64,000 bases of DNA from Takakia lepidozioides (taxonomy: Eukaryota; Plantae; Bryophyta). Every line of letters starts with the position of its first letter. The stretch's first letter is position 1. Of the stretch, positions 1-11,186 are shown in pieces. The position numbers were made by a program, and so were the translations under genes. Where the stretch lies: assembly GCA_030704615.1 (NCBI GenBank), contig CM060733.1, positions 48,422,001 to 48,486,000 of the forward strand, given 5' to 3'. Under the pieces are notes generated by a model. It was not told where the DNA came from. It ran no database searches and saw only the letters and a list, made by a program, of their open reading frames with translations.

Positions 1-415
1 AGGCAGAAGCATATCGTTTGGCCTGTAATTTTGAGAACGAAGTTAGGGCACAACGTTCTTCGAATTTTGCTCGTGGCACGGCAGAATTCAAGCCTAGATC
101 ATCTGGTCTTTGGCAGTCACCAGCGAAGAGAGGGAATTGGAAGAGGTTTAAACCAGTTAAGAAGGTGGGGGATCAAACTATACGGAGACCGCCAATGAGG
201 GCTTCTCCAAGGCTCAGTTTCAAAGAGCAGGAAGAACACAGGCGTAAGGGTTTGTGTTTCTTGTGCCATGAACCCAACACAGAGCAGTGTAGAAGTACCC
301 GAATAATCGTCAGGCTCGACAGAACAGCCGCCTTGACAGTTGAAGGACCTACAGAACCTGCGCGGTTGTTGAAATTGGGGAGAAGTTAGGACAAGAAAGA
401 GGGAAAGGTCCTAAC

Positions 416-3400
416 GTGCGGGTTTCTGCAGCTATCATTGGAGACCAAATAGAGCATGACGTGATACGGGTTCAGGGGAGAGTGGCTGGAATTCCCACTC
501 AAGTGCTGATTGATACAGGCAGCACTCATAACCTGTTGTCAAAGGATTTTGCTGACAAGTTGGGACTAGTTCAAGAAGACATGCAACCCTGTCAAATCTT
601 GTTACCAGATGGTGGCGTGGATTCTACGCACAAACACATCCCAAGGGTACCGATGGTCATGCAAGGAGTACAAACTATGGCTGACTTTGAGGTCTGGGAG
701 GGAGCTTGGGTACGACTGCATCCTTGGCATGCGGTGGCTGGATCCGGTTGATGCTGTGGTGGCTTGCAAATCCAGACTGTTAGTGGTACCTTGCCCAACG
801 GGAAGGGATTCAATATCAAAGGTACTAGAGCTCTTCCCAATGTACATGTCTTGTCAGCTATTCAGATGAAGAGATGTATGCGGAAGGGAAATGCTCAGCT
901 TTTTACTGTTAGCTTGCATGAGATCTTGGAAACAAATCAGGAGAAGGGAAGTCACATCCCAGACTTAGCCTGATCCTGAATGAATATAAAGATATGTTTC
1001 CTGATGAGCTCCCTGGGATGCCCCCTGAACGGGAGGTTGATCATGCTATTGAGTTGATGTCAAATGCTGTACCGGTTGCAAGGGCACCGTACAGGCATTC
1101 AATTGCAGAAAGCGAAGAGTTAGAAAAAGCAGTTGAATGACCTGTTGGAAAAGGGGTATACGTCCAAGTAAATCCCCTTGGGGTGCCCCTGTAATGTTTA
1201 AGAAGAAGAAAGATGGGACTTTGAGACTGTGTGGACTATAGATGGTTGAATAAGGTCACCATCAAGAATAAGTTTCCTTTGCCTCGTGTGGACGATTTGT
1301 TGACTATCTATATGGGAGTCAGGTTTTTTCAAACTTGATCTTCGGTCTGGATATCATCAGATACGGATCAAGAATTCTGACAAACCAAAGACAGGATTTC
1401 TCGATCTCGTTTTGGTCATTACAAATTCTTGGTGATGCCATTTGGGCTCACGAATGCTCCAGCAACATTTACTCATCTGATGAACTCTCTGTTCCAGAAA
1501 TATTTGGGGAAGATGGTGCTAGTCTACATGGATGATATACTAATATACTCGAAGTCTGAAGAAGAACATGAACTGCATTTACACTTGGTTTTAGACATAC
1601 TGAGAGAGAACCACCTGTTTGCTAAGAGAAGCAAGTGTGAATTCTTTGTAGACCACATGGATTACTTGGGATTTTGCATTTCCAAAGATGGAATCTCAAT
1701 TGATCCTAAGAAAGTCCAGACAGTGGTTGATTGGCCTAAACCAAGTGATAAGACTGAGGTTAGAAGCTTTATTGGGTTTGCTAGCTTCCTACGGAAGTTT
1801 GTTAAATCTTTTTCACAGATTGCAACCCCATTAACTGACCTGCTTAAGGACTCGAGTCCTGTAAGCTTGAAGGATGTCTGGACAAGAGAATGTGACAACA
1901 GTTTCGAGAAATTGAAGTTTGCCTTAACACATGCTCCTGTACTAAAATTTCTCGACCCTACGAAGGGAGCAATAGTGTTGTGTACTGATGCAAGTGATCT
2001 TGCTATTGGAGCTGTGCTGATGCAAGATGGGCAAGTGATTGCCTACGAATCTCGAAAGATCAGTCCAACAGAGAAGAATTACCCAACTCATGAAAAAGAA
2101 CTGTTGGCAATAGTTCATGCTCTGAAGATATGGAGGCATTACCTGCTTCCAGTTGATTTTGTGATAGAAACTGACCATCAAAGTTTGAAATACTTGACCA
2201 CACAACCTCATTTGAGTCAGAGGCAGATTAGGTGGTCAGAACTGCTTCAGCAGTTCCATTATGACCTAAAGTATGTCAAGGGGAAAGAGAATGTAGTTGC
2301 TGATGCACTTTCTAGGAGACCATTACGAGCTAATGTTGTCTCATGCGTCAATAGCACTATATTTCAAGACATTAAAGGTCAATATGAGGTCGATGAATTC
2401 TTCAAAGAGCCATTCAAGAGTTTGTCTCGTGACCAAAGAACTTCTATTGAGAGAGAGAAGTACCGGCCATACCTCTTGAGAGATGGGGTGTTATTTTATG
2501 ATGGTCGGCTGTGTGTTCCTCTGATTCCAGACTTGAGATTGGGGATTATTCATGACAATCACAATATTCCAATCTCCGGACACCCGGGCTTTCAGAGAAC
2601 CTATTGGTCAATACGGAAGTACTATTTTTGGCCAGGTATGAAGAGAGAAATTAGAGAGTATGTGCATAAATGTTTCCCATGTCAGGTTTCGAAGTCAGAG
2701 AGAGTCAGACCTCCTGGATTATTACAACCATTATCTGTTCCTGGATGGAATTGGGAGTCCATTAGCATGGATTTCATTGTGGCATTACCCAAGACCAGAA
2801 GTGGCCATGACAGTATCATGGTGGTTGTAGATAGGCTGTCTAAGATAGCCCACTTGATACCTACAAGGATGAATGCTACGGCATCCGATGTTGCATCCTT
2901 GTACATGAAAGAGATATTCAGAATCCATGGTCTGCCTCGGGAGATTATTTGTGACGGGGACTCAAAATTCACAAATCATTTTTGGATTGACTTGTTTAAG
3001 AAATTGGGACCAAGGTGAAACTGAGTACGACCTTTCACCCAGAAACAGATGCCCAAACAGAAAGGACCAACCGTACAATTGAAGATATGTTGAGGATGTA
3101 CGTTGGTGAAAGACAGTCATCTTGGGAACAATATATGTATATGGTGGAATTTGCTTATAACAAGCATTTCCACAGTGCCATTGGCATGAGCCCATTTGAA
3201 GCTTTATATGGACGAGATTGCTTGGCTCCTGCTTCGCTTATTACACCACCATCAAATGTGCAGAGTGTAAATGACAGAATCAAAGAGATCCACTCTGTCC
3301 TAAATCTGGTGAAGCGTAGTATGCAGGCTGCACAAGAAAGGACAAAGTTCTTTGCTGATAAGCACAGGACTTTTCGTGAATTTGCCATTGGTGATATGGT

Positions 3401-3803
3401 GTTTTTGAAAGTTACACCTAAAAGAAGCAATCTAACACTCGGCAAGTGTTATACGTTATCACCAAGATTTTGTGGCCCGTTTAAAATCCTGGAACGCCAT
3501 GGCACAGTGGCCTATGAGTTGGATTTGCCTCCAACATGGAAGATCCATAAAACTTTCCATGTCAGCCTTCTCCGGAGGTATATGTCAGACCCATCACACA
3601 TCTTGCCGACGTTGCCTCAAGCCATGAATGATGGTCAGCTGATGGCTGAACCCGAAAAGATTCTAGAAATGCGAGTGAAGCACCTGTGCAACCGTTCTTG
3701 GAAAGAACATTTGATTAAGTGGTTGCATTACCCAGAGACAGAAGCTACTTGGGAGAAAGAAAATGAATTGACATTGAGTTACCCCTCATTTTTCTGTCAT
3801 TGA
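416..3803 (+). pseudogene. Frameshifted Gypsy pol (PR-RT-RH-INT-chromodomain)
   Basis: ORFs 416-751, 764-973, 1429-3018 and 3015-3803 carry consecutive pol motifs in different frames. Confidence 0.92.
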
Positions 3804-3834
3804 GGACAATGACCTGTCTTTGGGAGGAGGAGTT

Positions 3835-4610
3835 TGTTAGGTGCCTTGAACAAAGATCGAGACCTGTCAACCAGTTTGGCGAAGCAAGTGACTGCTAGAA
3901 TATCGCCGAACTGACAGTTGCAGGTAAAATATGGAGCATGGTCGCGTGCATGATGAGATCCACGATTAGGGATTTTGAAGAAGGCTTGGAGATGGCAAGT
4001 GTGGAGAAGAGGAGCATGATGGTGTACTGGCGGCTAGAGCATATCTGCTCTCGACAGGAAATCAGATTTAGCATGGCGTGGTGGTTGGGTGGACCGGATG
4101 CTGTAACCGGTGCTGTGCTTACAGAGTTGTAAGTCGATGTTAGAATAGACGTCACAGGCCTTTGTTGGTCTGCAGCAGCAGCAGGGGCTATGATCTCTCT
4201 TTTGTACAGAGCGATGGTGTAAATACTATGACTAAGGTCTTACAAGTGCTGATTTGAAAAGGGGCAGTTTAGAGTTGATTCTAGTCACTGTTTGTGAATA
4301 CACTTCCCGTGAAGAACACGGCTGAACTATCTTTGGACTGGAGTGATCTCTGTTACGATCTGAACCAAAGAATTGTGACTGGAATAAGAGAGGCTGGTTA
4401 CCAGGGATCCATACTGGTTTTGGATTGAATTGAGGCCCTACGATTATGAAGAGAGAAGTGCCTTGGAAATGTTGTTGATTTTCCTGTTGGATGTAATCAA
4501 GCAAGCAGTTTTCTTTGGAGTTTTGGTAAATACCCTGTGAACAGCAAAACAAGCAGAGCGCCTGAAATCGGTCATAGTTGGACAAAGGAAAGAGTGTCAG
4601 ACCTCTTTCA
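3835..4610 (+). repeat. Putative 3' LTR of the chromovirus
   Basis: Starts TG right after the PPT. Ends CA at 4610, exactly where similarity to KNOX intron 1 (47345 ff.) begins. The partner LTR is not in the window. Confidence 0.65.
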
Positions 4611-4627
4611 ATAGTCGTGAGCACTAC

Positions 4628-4987
4628 CTCCTCGAATCTCTTCTGATCTGAATGAGTCTCTCTGTCCATAAAGGTCGGCGCTCTGCCTGGTCCGTCCTGA
4701 CAGAGATCCACCTCAGCGGCAACATGGTTAGTTGTAAGAAAATGTCTATCTTCCTCTGATTCCTCGGGCTCCATGACCTTCTCCTTGCCTTTACTTTCCT
4801 TGCGTAGGTTTTGCATTCCGCCTTGAACTTCAGAATTCTCCATATAGTCGTTCGGCGTTTGAGTGTAGTAAACTAAGCTCTCCGTAGGATCCAGCCTGGT
4901 AAGCGAATCTTGTCTTTGAGAAACGTCCCAACTGGGAGCTTGTTGCAACTCAAGAACATCGATGTCCCACTGGAAGTTGGATGCCAT
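4628..4987 (-). CDS. Exon 1 of a second class II KNOX paralog (remaining exons expected left of the window, beyond the Gypsy)
   Basis: [48 protein letters not shown]|GTAGTG matches exon 1 at 47362-47850, including the same phase-0 donor; 360 nt, open. Confidence 0.7.
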
Positions 4988-5238
4988 CGGAATCTTTGGC
5001 TTCTTAATTTGGTGACGGGTCTGACCTGAAGGAAGGCACTTCACCAGAATAAGTACACATTATAGAAAATGGTGATGAAGGTCTTACACATCTCAGGCTT
5101 CATGAGTCCATTCTAAGTTCCAGGGGCCAAACTTCAACATGATACGTTACTCTAGGAGAAATGCTTGAATCCGTCCGGAAACAGTTAGCTCTCCTTACTT
5201 GTTCTATATTTGCCGCACTCTGATGTAATACCCAAATG

Positions 5239-5658
5239 TGTAGAAAAACTCAAAGCACACAATACTATCTAGAACAGCAATTCAAAGATTCAGGCAATCA
5301 AAACACACGATGGTATCAGAGCACTTTACACTACTGCAATTCCACCATCAGGCATCAACATACTGAGAAGTTTTCAGCACAACAAAGACTCTCTGTAGTA
5401 AGCCTAAATCCTATTCGTAGTAACGATTGCTCGGCGCTAGCGGGAGTCTAGTAATTCAAAATAATGTTGTCACTATCAATCCGTAAATAGTACGCAGTAA
5501 CAACACCTTGGCCAACTGCATGTCTCCGTTAAATCCTAGTGTAACCTAATTGGCCTCTGACTTAGATATTCCGTCATGGAATAAATCAGTGTAACTCGTA
5601 ACTCTTGATGACTTGCAGTAACATGGTCACACTACGATTTCAACCAGAAAAAACAACA
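5239..5658 (-). repeat. 3' LTR of the Copia
   Basis: Direct repeat of 7447-7866 with a few substitutions; adjacent to the PPT. Confidence 0.97.
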
Positions 5659-5744
5659 CTCCCACTCACTGGTTATTCCATGGCAAGAGAAAAAGATCCT
5701 ACGAAACAAAATGAATACTCAATGTGTGCACAAAAAACTCACAC

Positions 5745-7307
5745 TCAGATTGGTTGCACTATCAATCCAAGCATGCTACGAAATCGATTAAACTTGTCAG
5801 CGGTAAGAGGCTTCGTTAAGATATCTGCGATCTGTGCATTCGTATTTATATACGTCATCTGGATTGTACCCTGTGCCTGAAAATCTCGCAGCATATGATA
5901 TTGCACATCAATGTGCTTTGTTCTTCGATGAAACTCCGGATTCAAGACTAATCGGATTGCACTTTGATTGTCTGAATATAAGGGAGTAGGGTCATTCTGT
6001 GTGTGCCTAAGATCAGACAGCAACCTTCGTAACCAGATTGTCTCCTTCGCAGTTAAACAGGCTGCTATGTACTCTGACTCTGTCGTGGAACCTGCTGTGC
6101 ACATTTGTTTTCTGCTCACCCACGTAACAGCTGCTTGATTGAGTAATGTGACGCTCCCACTTCTAGATCGTCGATCGTCCAAGTCCCCTGCATAGTCAGC
6201 ATCAGCAAAAGTCGTAAGAGTGTTTGAATTCTTGCAACGTGAGTAGCACAGACGATAGTCTGTTGTCCCCCTGAGATATTTGAATATCCTCTTTACAGCT
6301 GTGCAATGAATTCGTTTGGGATTCTGTGAATACTTGGCCACAGTGCTGACCGCATATGCAATGTCTGGCCGTGTGCCAATCATGGCGAACATCAAGCTCC
6401 CAACTGCCTGTTGGTAAGGAAACTCATGTTCCTCTTCTTCATCTTCACCTCTTGGTAGATGCAACTGCACATTGGGATCTGCAGGTGTACTCACTGTATA
6501 TGCATCCCCAAATCCAAATTTCTGGATTATGAACATCACGTATCGGTGTTGGTCTATGATGATCGATCGCAATCCCCTGTTTCTTTCAATGTGAAGGCCA
6601 ACATAGCATTTGGCGCTTCCAGCTTTAACTTCAAATTCCTTGTTAAGAAAACTAATCATACCATCCAGTATTTCTTTGCTCTCCGAGCAACCTAGCCCGT
6701 CATCCACAAAAATGGTGGTGAATAACTTTGGCGGTGAGTTGCGAAAATACACACAGGGGTCTGCTGCGCTGGGTTGCATGTCATATTTGACCAGAAAATC
6801 ATTAAACCTCGTGTTCCATGCCCTCGATGCTTGACGAAGTCCATCTAAACTTTTTAATAGTCTACAGACTTTCTTTTGTTCTCCTGGCTTCACATAGCCT
6901 CTGGGCTGATCCATATATATCTCCTCCTGTAACTCTCCATGCAGGAAAGCGGTTTTTATATCGAATTGAATCATTTCCAGATCCTCAGCGGCAGCCACTG
7001 CTAATAGGGTTCTGATTGAATCGAATTTCGCAACGGGGGCAAAAGTTTCTACTGAGTTTGTGCAGTTTACCAACTGTTGCAGGTGATTCTTATCTACTCC
7101 TTGTGTAATATACATGCAGGCATTGCTGTCCCTATCATCCCATTCGTCTTTATCCGAGGCCACTGCTCTCAAATCCTTCCCACTGACAAGAGACCATAGC
7201 TTCTTGGCTCTTAGGAGAATCATCATTTGAAACTTCCATAGACAAAAATTCTCTCCTGAAAATCTCTCTATCTGCATCACATCTTTCGATGTGGTAACTG
7301 AACTCAT
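5745..7307 (-). CDS. 520-aa in-frame fusion of Gag N-terminus with RT-RNase H
   Basis: FSGENFCLWKFQM (Gag N-term) joined at NCTNSV|ETFAPVAK to RT (FDIKTAFLHG, IFVDDGL) and RNase H (DADYAGD, TESEY, SDNQSAI, ADILTK). Protease, integrase and the RT N-terminus are missing. Confidence 0.85.
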   Translation of the reverse strand: MSSVTTSKDVMQIERFSGENFCLWKFQMMILLRAKKLWSLVSGKDLRAVASDKDEWDDRDSNACMYITQGVDKNHLQQLVNCTNSVETFAPVAKFDSIRTLLAVAAAEDLEMIQFDIKTAFLHGELQEEIYMDQPRGYVKPGEQKKVCRLLKSLDGLRQASRAWNTRFNDFLVKYDMQPSAADPCVYFRNSPPKLFTTIFVDDGLGCSESKEILDGMISFLNKEFEVKAGSAKCYVGLHIERNRGLRSIIIDQHRYVMFIIQKFGFGDAYTVSTPADPNVQLHLPRGEDEEEEHEFPYQQAVGSLMFAMIGTRPDIAYAVSTVAKYSQNPKRIHCTAVKRIFKYLRGTTDYRLCYSRCKNSNTLTTFADADYAGDLDDRRSRSGSVTLLNQAAVTWVSRKQMCTAGSTTESEYIAACLTAKETIWLRRLLSDLRHTQNDPTPLYSDNQSAIRLVLNPEFHRRTKHIDVQYHMLRDFQAQGTIQMTYINTNAQIADILTKPLTADKFNRFRSMLGLIVQPI

Positions 7308-7432
7308 CTTTGCTGCTATTTCCTAGATCTCTCTGCTAGTTCTAGTTTCATTCGTGAACAAAATCAAGAAAAAAAAACTATCAGAAATAAAATTGTTCAT
7401 GAAAGCACTCTCTGAATGAGCTTCAAACGTAT

Positions 7433-7446
7433 GTGGGCCCATAACC
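7433..7446 (-). promoter_or_regulatory. Primer-binding site complementary to the anticodon arm of initiator tRNA-Met (half-tRNA priming)
   Basis: GGTTATGGGCCCAC immediately after the 5' LTR, the same type of PBS as Drosophila copia. Confidence 0.9.
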
Positions 7447-7866
7447 TGTAGAAAAACTCAAAGCACACAATACTATCTAGAACAGCAATTCAAAGATTCA
7501 GGCAATCAAAACACACGATGGTATCAGAGCACTTTACACTACTGCAATTCCACCATCAGGCATAAACATACTGAGAAGTTTTCAGCACAATAAAGACTCT
7601 CTGTAGTAAGCCTAAATCCTATTCGTAGTAACGATTGCTCGGCGCTGGCGGGAGTCTAGTAATTCAAAATAATGTTGTCACTATCCATCCGTAAATAGTA
7701 CGCAGTAACAACACCTTGGCCATCTGTATGTCTCCGTTAAATCCTAATGTAACCTAATTGGCCTCTGACTTAGATATTCCGTCATGGAATAAATCAGTGT
7801 AACTCGTAACTCTTGATGACTTGCAGTAACATGGTCACACTGCGATTTCAACCAGAAAAAACAACA
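7447..7866 (-). repeat. 5' LTR of the Copia
   Basis: Direct repeat of 5239-5658; adjacent to the PBS. Confidence 0.97.
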
Positions 7867-8699
7867 AAATGTACGTCAATAAGAGCTTTCAAGAGGACTT
7901 ATATTACATGTAAGTTTTGTCATTCACTAGGAACCCCGGTTATTCATAAATCACAAGAATGCCCTCCCCTCTGTGGCTCTCATGTGGCTCAGATCTACTT
8001 CCAGACCTGTCTCCCTTCTGCACAAATATTAAGACATACCAGAGGCTCACTTGTGCGTAGATATGTACCTCTGAAAGGATGCGGAAGACACTTATGATCC
8101 TGTAAATGTATAATCCTGCAAACACTAGAGAAAAAATCACCATTCGACATGAACGCTCTGTTAGAGATTTCTTTTGCTCAATCATCCCAAGTTTCTAGAA
8201 ACCTCATCAGATCCTAGTGAATATCATCAATGTGGCTGTTCCCACATGTTGTGGGCGTGATCCAGGAAGGTAAGCAAGACCACAGTGGTACAGAAATGAT
8301 ACACAGGTGCAACTACGGCAACGACATTCATTGGAGGTTGGAGCTTCTATAGCTAAAAAAGTTGGGCAGATTTCTGGAGAGCACCTGTTGGTGTAATTGG
8401 ACCACAGTAATCTGCGTCTATATATATGGTTCAATACGTACGGCTGCAGGTGATTCCTGAAGCAGTTTGATCTAGGTCCAAGAAAAACGTTAACACCACA
8501 GACAATGGATGAGCTTAGAGCAATGAGACTGCAAAGCTTGAGGTTTGCACTCCTCTGCTCACAAGATGAAACGAGGGTCCAAGAGAAAAAACACCACAGA
8601 TAATAGATCGGCTTAATTAGAGAAATGAATCTACGAAGTGTCAGATGAAGCTTGAGATCTCCACTTCTCTGCTCACAAAACAAAACGAGAGGGAACCGA

Positions 8700-9754
8700 T
8701 GATTTGTGTCTGATATGTGAATCTCTCGGTTGGTGTCTTGTATACCAGATTGTGCTGTGTAATACACCTAGAAGCTTCATAATTCATTCCTTCTTTGGCC
8801 TCATTTGCATGCTTCACTAGTTGTTTTTGTGATGAATTTGTTACTGGTTTGATCCCATTCACCATCATTGATACCAGCTGGTATTAATTAGCTAATCACA
8901 CCTGTATTGATACCAGTGCATAAGTAATTCACCATACCTTCATTATAGATACCAGACTGGTATGTAAATTCAAGCAATCCTCTGGTACTTCATTCTGGCA
9001 GCCACCCATATACCAAGCCCAGCCTGGTATCTCAAAATGCCAATACCAGACCAACACTAATCCTTACCCCGGACAAAAGAATCTTGCAAAGAATTAAAAC
9101 TGAGAGTTTGAGAAGTGTAGAGTTGGGTGGGTAATCGATGCCAAGTAGATACTTGCCCAATACGATCGTGAAAGGCCCCACATTTGTTGGCAGGCGTGAA
9201 ATGTCACATCGCAGTGACAAGCCCAGCACGCTTTCCAGGCTTCTTCTTGCCTGCTCTCTCAAGGCTTTCTTGTGTGCAATCCGCAAAGCTCATCACCGCT
9301 GCTGTACTGGGGCTCAGACATCTCTCAATTTTCTGCTGAACCAGCGTTTTGTTGCTTTCCGGCTTCTCTTTGCATGATATGCTTACAGGTAAGGTTGGAC
9401 ATCCTTTTGCAATGACCTCATCACATGTGCTCGACAGGTCACAAAAGTCACTGCAGACTCCAAAATGAGCCCATACTTGCCCGTAGTGCACAAAATCTCC
9501 CAAAGTCTCACAGCAGTATAGAAACCATTGATACCAGTGGAGTAACCGCTGCAAAATGTGCTGAGCTAGTATCAACAATGAGCCAGACGCGTCTGGTTAC
9601 CGCCTTTTTTTCCAAAATCTAATTCGTCTTTGCACTGGTATATATCGGCCTAGGCATCTCAGATCTGGGACCAGGCCGGTCTGTTCTCTAATAGCAGGGT
9701 TGTTTGTTACCAGGGTTCATACCAGGTGCTCAGTCCAATACCAGACGAACACTG
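8700..9754. mobile_element. Non-autonomous hAT-like element split by an inversion (halves about 8700-9059 and 9430-9754)
   Basis: Both halves end in CCAATACCAGAC(C/G)AACACT(A/G), i.e. TIRs YAGTGTT(C/G)GTCTGGTATTGG; flanks give an 8-bp TSD GTAAGGAT/GTAAGGAA; many ATACCAG/CTGGTAT subterminal repeats; absent from the paralog at about 49520. Confidence 0.75.
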
Positions 9755-10094
9755 GTAAGGAAGGAATCCCGGGGCTTACTAGTAGGGTTTATGCAACCAA
9801 AATCCAAGTCCTTTGCTGTAATCTTAACTAGTGCCCCACTGTTGCTTTTCTTGTTGAACATGTCATGCACTGTGATAGAGATTGAAAGAATCTTTTCTAT
9901 GGCTACCTCAGTTGTCCATAGACCCTTGCCCAAGAAAGTATAAATTAAATTCATATTGATTATTTATACGAAGATCATAATATGGCGGCGGTTATGTGAA
10001 ATGAGGGGAGGATTTTGGTGCAAAAAGTTTTGAGATTCGAAAGGTCACTATCTCAAAAGCTTCGCAACCACCATGCCCACTAACATACTTTTTT

Positions 10095-10260
10095 CTCATC
10101 CCCTCCTCACAGTAACCTCGCCATGAAGGCCACGAACACCTTCATGGGACACCGTCCAACGGAAGGGGGAGAAGAGCATACCACACCAGTTAGGTAGCAA
10201 GATTTGACCCCAGAATCATCTGGGTGGCACTCAATGCACTAACCAACTGAGCTATTGACT
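10095..10260 (-). mobile_element. tRNA-derived SINE-like element
   Basis: Minus strand reads TAGCTCAGTTGGTTAG (A box) ... GGGGTCAAATC (B box-like) followed by a non-tRNA body; second copy at about 49690-49850. The 3' boundary is approximate. Confidence 0.6.
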
Positions 10261-11080
10261 GTTGGTTAAAATTCCATTACCGAACTATTGTAGTTCTTAT
10301 GATTAAATAGTCCCAGGCTGCACTTCAACTACTATCCACAAAGTAACATTTGGAGCCTACTTCTTATTTACATCATTTGAATGCCTTTGATTGGATGGTT
10401 TGAGTTAAATATGCACTTGCTGACAATAGTCTCCCTCTTCCTCTGCTCTTCTCATGTTCTATGAAGCCTTGAGAGATGACCATGCCTAAAACCTACTACT
10501 TATAAGTGTGTGCATTGAATAGGCAACAGCAATTAGCTGACTAAGACTGTTGAAAGATCCCACTGCGAGACTATTATTCATGAGGCACCATCAGCAAATG
10601 GTGTTGTACCTCGGTTAACATCTAAAGTAATTATCCTTTGGAGTTTGCAGGTCGAGTACCTTATGGACGTTACTGCCTTCAATGATCGACTATTCAAACA
10701 TGTTGACATTGAGATGACTGACGCTTTGAGATTTTGCTGGGATGTGGAGGGGAAATTTTACAAAGCGACAGGTAGAAGGGGAGGTGTTTCAGCATGCATA
10801 ACATTGTGGAGATGAGAGAGAATGTGTGAGAACTAGATGCATGCTAGTTCTAAAGTTTCTCATCATGTACGATAGTACTGCAAGAGACAGTGGCCCAAAA
10901 TATGCACCAGGCTGGAAAGCTATACAATATGTAGTGGAGATGTCCCTTCTCGAATGTAGACCATGGAGGCTATCTTTACATGTATACACTTACCTATCAT
11001 ACATCTACAGATCCAGCTGGATACACAATAAGTAGGTCTAAACCTCCCTGAGCCATCCATGGTCCTTTCACGGTACATAT

Positions 11081-11137
11081 TGTTAGAATCTAATCATTGT
11101 ATAGACTCAGTGTGTAAGCATACAATCAAGAGAGAGA

Positions 11138-11186
<49 letters not shown>

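Larger units (their letters stand above)
1..4610 (+). mobile_element. Ty3/Gypsy chromovirus LTR retrotransposon, 5' part outside window, decayed
   Basis: Gag end (RRKGLCFLCHEP), protease (VLIDTGSTHN), RT (VYMDDILIYS), RNase H (TDASD..YESRK..HEKELLAIV), integrase (H..H..C..C, DGDSKF, GPF) and C-terminal chromodomain (EPEKIL..KW..EATWE) in ORFs 18-3803, broken by frameshifts; PPT gggaggaggag at about 3822-3832 followed by TGTTAG. Confidence 0.95.
5239..7866 (-). mobile_element. Internally deleted Ty1/Copia element with 420-bp LTRs, half-tRNA-iMet PBS and 5-bp TSD
   Basis: Near-identical TG..CA LTRs at 5239-5658 and 7447-7866; TSD AAATG at 5234-5238 and 7867-7871; PPT GTGAGTGGGAG (minus) at 5659-5669; PBS GGTTATGGGCCCAC; empty site AAATG present in the paralog at 48175-48179. 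Confidence 0.97.
4612..10260 (+). repeat. Segmental duplication, copy 1 (paralogous to about 47345-49850), interrupted by Copia, hAT and an inversion
   Basis: Collinear blocks such as gatgaaggtcttacacatct, ggctcagatctacttccaga, gtacctctgaaaggatg, ggtaagcaagaccac, gagcttagagcaatgagactg and the SINE head are shared with 47.9-49.85 kb. Confidence 0.9.

Noticed and set aside
4232-5044. 270-aa minus-strand ORF as a standalone gene
   Set aside because: It is KNOX-paralog exon 1 reading through the splice donor into the antisense Gypsy LTR.
10190-10260. Possible tRNA gene
   Set aside because: A/B boxes are present but there is no convincing cloverleaf, and it is attached to a repeated body; treated as a SINE head.
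10650-11040. Exon-like stretch (VEYLMDVTAFNDRLFK...) after a good acceptor site
   Set aside because: No recognisable domain, start or continuation.
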